A stretch of DNA of 64,000 nucleotides from Paraphysomonas bandaiensis (taxonomy: Eukaryota; Protista; Chrysophyceae): positions 186,001 to 250,000 of the forward strand of contig CBFFRP010000019.1 of NCBI GenBank assembly GCA_965644295.1, given 5' to 3'. The first letter of the stretch is position 1. Each line of letters begins with the position of its first letter. Below, piece by piece: positions 62,112 to 64,000 of this stretch. The translations under genes and the position numbers were made by a program. Below the pieces are notes generated by a model. It saw only the letters and a list, made by a program, of their open reading frames with translations. It searched no databases and had not been told where the DNA came from.

Positions 62112-62618
62112 CTAGTTACAACAAGGACAATATCCATTCCAACGATGTCTATTAGGTTTGGAGAAAATTTCATCATCTGTTAATTGTCTTTTTTTGGTCG
62201 AAGTCGAAACGGGCAGACAATACATTACTTTTGGTGTCTTAACCTTAAGAGCAATAGCATCCTTTGATGATTCGGTGCTGCTATCTAACTCACTATGTGA
62301 TTCTTTGTTGCTTTCATTTGAAGAGTTTTCAACACTCTGAGTCTGATTCGTTTGTATCGCTTGATTTGTAATCACATCTATCGATTTCTTTTCATCCTCA
62401 GAGTGTTTGGTATTACTATCTGCTTCACTATGCAACTCATTGTCATTGTTTTCTTCTTTATTCGGTAATGTTTCTTCTTTAACAGACTGTAACTCACTGG
62501 TTTGTGTTTTATATGGAGATGTACCTGTTGCCGTGTTGTTATCTACCGCACTATTGATATCAACGTTAGAGTTGTTAGCTGATAGCTTTCGTCTCTTGCT
62601 ACTATTATCATCACTCAT
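62112..62618 (-). CDS. Hypothetical low-complexity protein with NLS-like KRRK and C-terminal HRWNGYCPCCN
   Basis: Intronless 168-aa frame with S/N/E-rich composition. Confidence 0.55.
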   Translation of the reverse strand: MSDDNSSKRRKLSANNSNVDINSAVDNNTATGTSPYKTQTSELQSVKEETLPNKEENNDNELHSEADSNTKHSEDEKKSIDVITNQAIQTNQTQSVENSSNESNKESHSELDSSTESSKDAIALKVKTPKVMYCLPVSTSTKKRQLTDDEIFSKPNRHRWNGYCPCCN

Positions 62619-63079
62619 ATTGGAATCTAGAATATAGATGGAAGAGATAAACTGTGCTGCATTGAGTCTATTATGGTAATAACACACCTCTCATATAATC
62701 ATCCATACTCGTCCATACAGACTATAAGTACTTACATATGTAGGGTGTATCCGCTGTATACTGTGTATACCTCAATATAAATTAATGAATCATGTCCAAT
62801 GAATCTATAAAGCAGCTCCAATCATTGGCTACAAATACAACACATCTCATCATATATACAGCAGTACACATACAGTATACAGTGTACATGTATATAAACA
62901 TGGTTCATATTTCGTATTTTCAATTTGAAATTATGGAAATAGAAAGACACAATAACGAGGAAAGAATAAGGATATATTTAAGTTAATTGCCTCAAGGATA
63001 TATATGGTGGTGTTTATCGTGTAGAATGAGACTTGATTTATTACTTCATATTGATTCTTCATAAGTTAATTATCGAAAT

Positions 63080-64000
63080 ATGTCACCTACGAACAACATT
63101 AAATATTCCCTAATTGGACACCGTGGTCGCTGCTTTGACGTGAGATTCTCCGATAATTATAAGTACATTTTATCAGGTAGAATATACTCTTCTTATCAAC
63201 TCATGGCTTAATGACTTTACAGCCTCGGAGGATGGTACGGCTCGTCTGTGGAATGTGTCGTCGAGGAAAGCTATTGCAACATTAACTCACGGAGCAGAAA
63301 CTGAAGTTCTGCGGAGTATGTTTGTTTCAAATACAGGTGGTACTCCAGACCCACTTAATAATGTATAACACGATTTCAGGCAGTAGTGTTATTTGCACAT
63401 GCGGGTCCGATGGCAGTGCATCACTATGGAGATCGCCACAAGAACTTGGTGGTAGCAGTGACACACCGCTGTCATATTCCAAGACACATTCTTTGTCACA
63501 TGAGGATCAGATATACGCATGCGAGTCTTTATCATGTGTACCCTCTGCAAACGTGTTGACTGCCTCCAGTGACCGTATTTACCTCTGGGACATTGGGGAG
63601 GCAGGTCGGGATGAGCCTCAATCAATTCAGTTTGTATCTGCGCATCAAGGTGGAACGGAAGATGGCTTTGGAGGCCCAAGGAACCCTGATAATAAAGCAT
63701 TCGTCTTTGACGCCAAGCCAGCAATGCCTTCCGGAACTGAATCAGCTGCACCGGATATAATGGGCGCTGCGGTTGCTGTTGCCTTGAGTGATGGTAAGGA
63801 GTACAATTAACTTGTAGATTTAAAGTCTTGAATGCAACAGGTACTGTTCGAGTAGTTGATCTACGGACACCGGACTCTGCACTTAATTTTTTAATTAGAA
63901 GTGATAGCGGTAGGGTTTATGCGTAACATGTATTCAATAGTTAATAGTTTTTCTGTCATACTCAGAAAGCTCTGGATCATATGCTACTGCGGTAGGTATA
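63080..64000 (+). CDS. WD40-repeat protein, 5' part (runs off the window)
   Basis: LIGHRGRCFDVRFS..ILS|ASEDGTARLWN; TCGSDGSASLW; LTASSDRIYLWD; short GT-AG introns. Confidence 0.85.

Noticed and set aside
1-64000. Genome-wide reassignment of UGA to a sense codon
   Set aside because: Long ORFs lack internal TGA, Trp is TGG, and TGA ends several genes (10713, 25732, 43612). In-frame UGAs were found in only three genes.

Overview
Gene-dense eukaryotic DNA with short (about 45-170 nt) GT-AG introns. A stramenopile (chrysophyte/ochrophyte-like) protist is my inference, not something the sequence proves. It holds about 21 protein genes, including MsrB, AMP deaminase, HOOK-like, MetAP, DUF1295, TMEM65-GAF, a secreted Cys-peptidase-like protein, DUF1015, CNOT4, ATAD5/ELG1-like, a LOG-family protein, a TFIIIA-like zinc finger, an ELO elongase, a Vta1/MIT-CDPK and a WD40 protein. 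Mobile DNA comprises an intact Ty1/Copia element with apparently identical LTRs nested in a decayed hAT, a solo LTR, a MULE and its MITE, a deleted hAT, and relics of tyrosine-recombinase (DIRS/PAT-like) retroelements that share a structured terminal module. The strongest hidden signal is UGA recoding that the ORF track misses. A small FAM241/SelK-like membrane protein gene (56067-56464, -) has two in-frame UGAs, a stem-loop 7 nt after the second, one canonical SECIS and a second SECIS-like hairpin. MsrB has UGA at its catalytic Cys position. The LOG gene is interrupted by a single in-frame UGA. All calls were made by eye; no searches were run.
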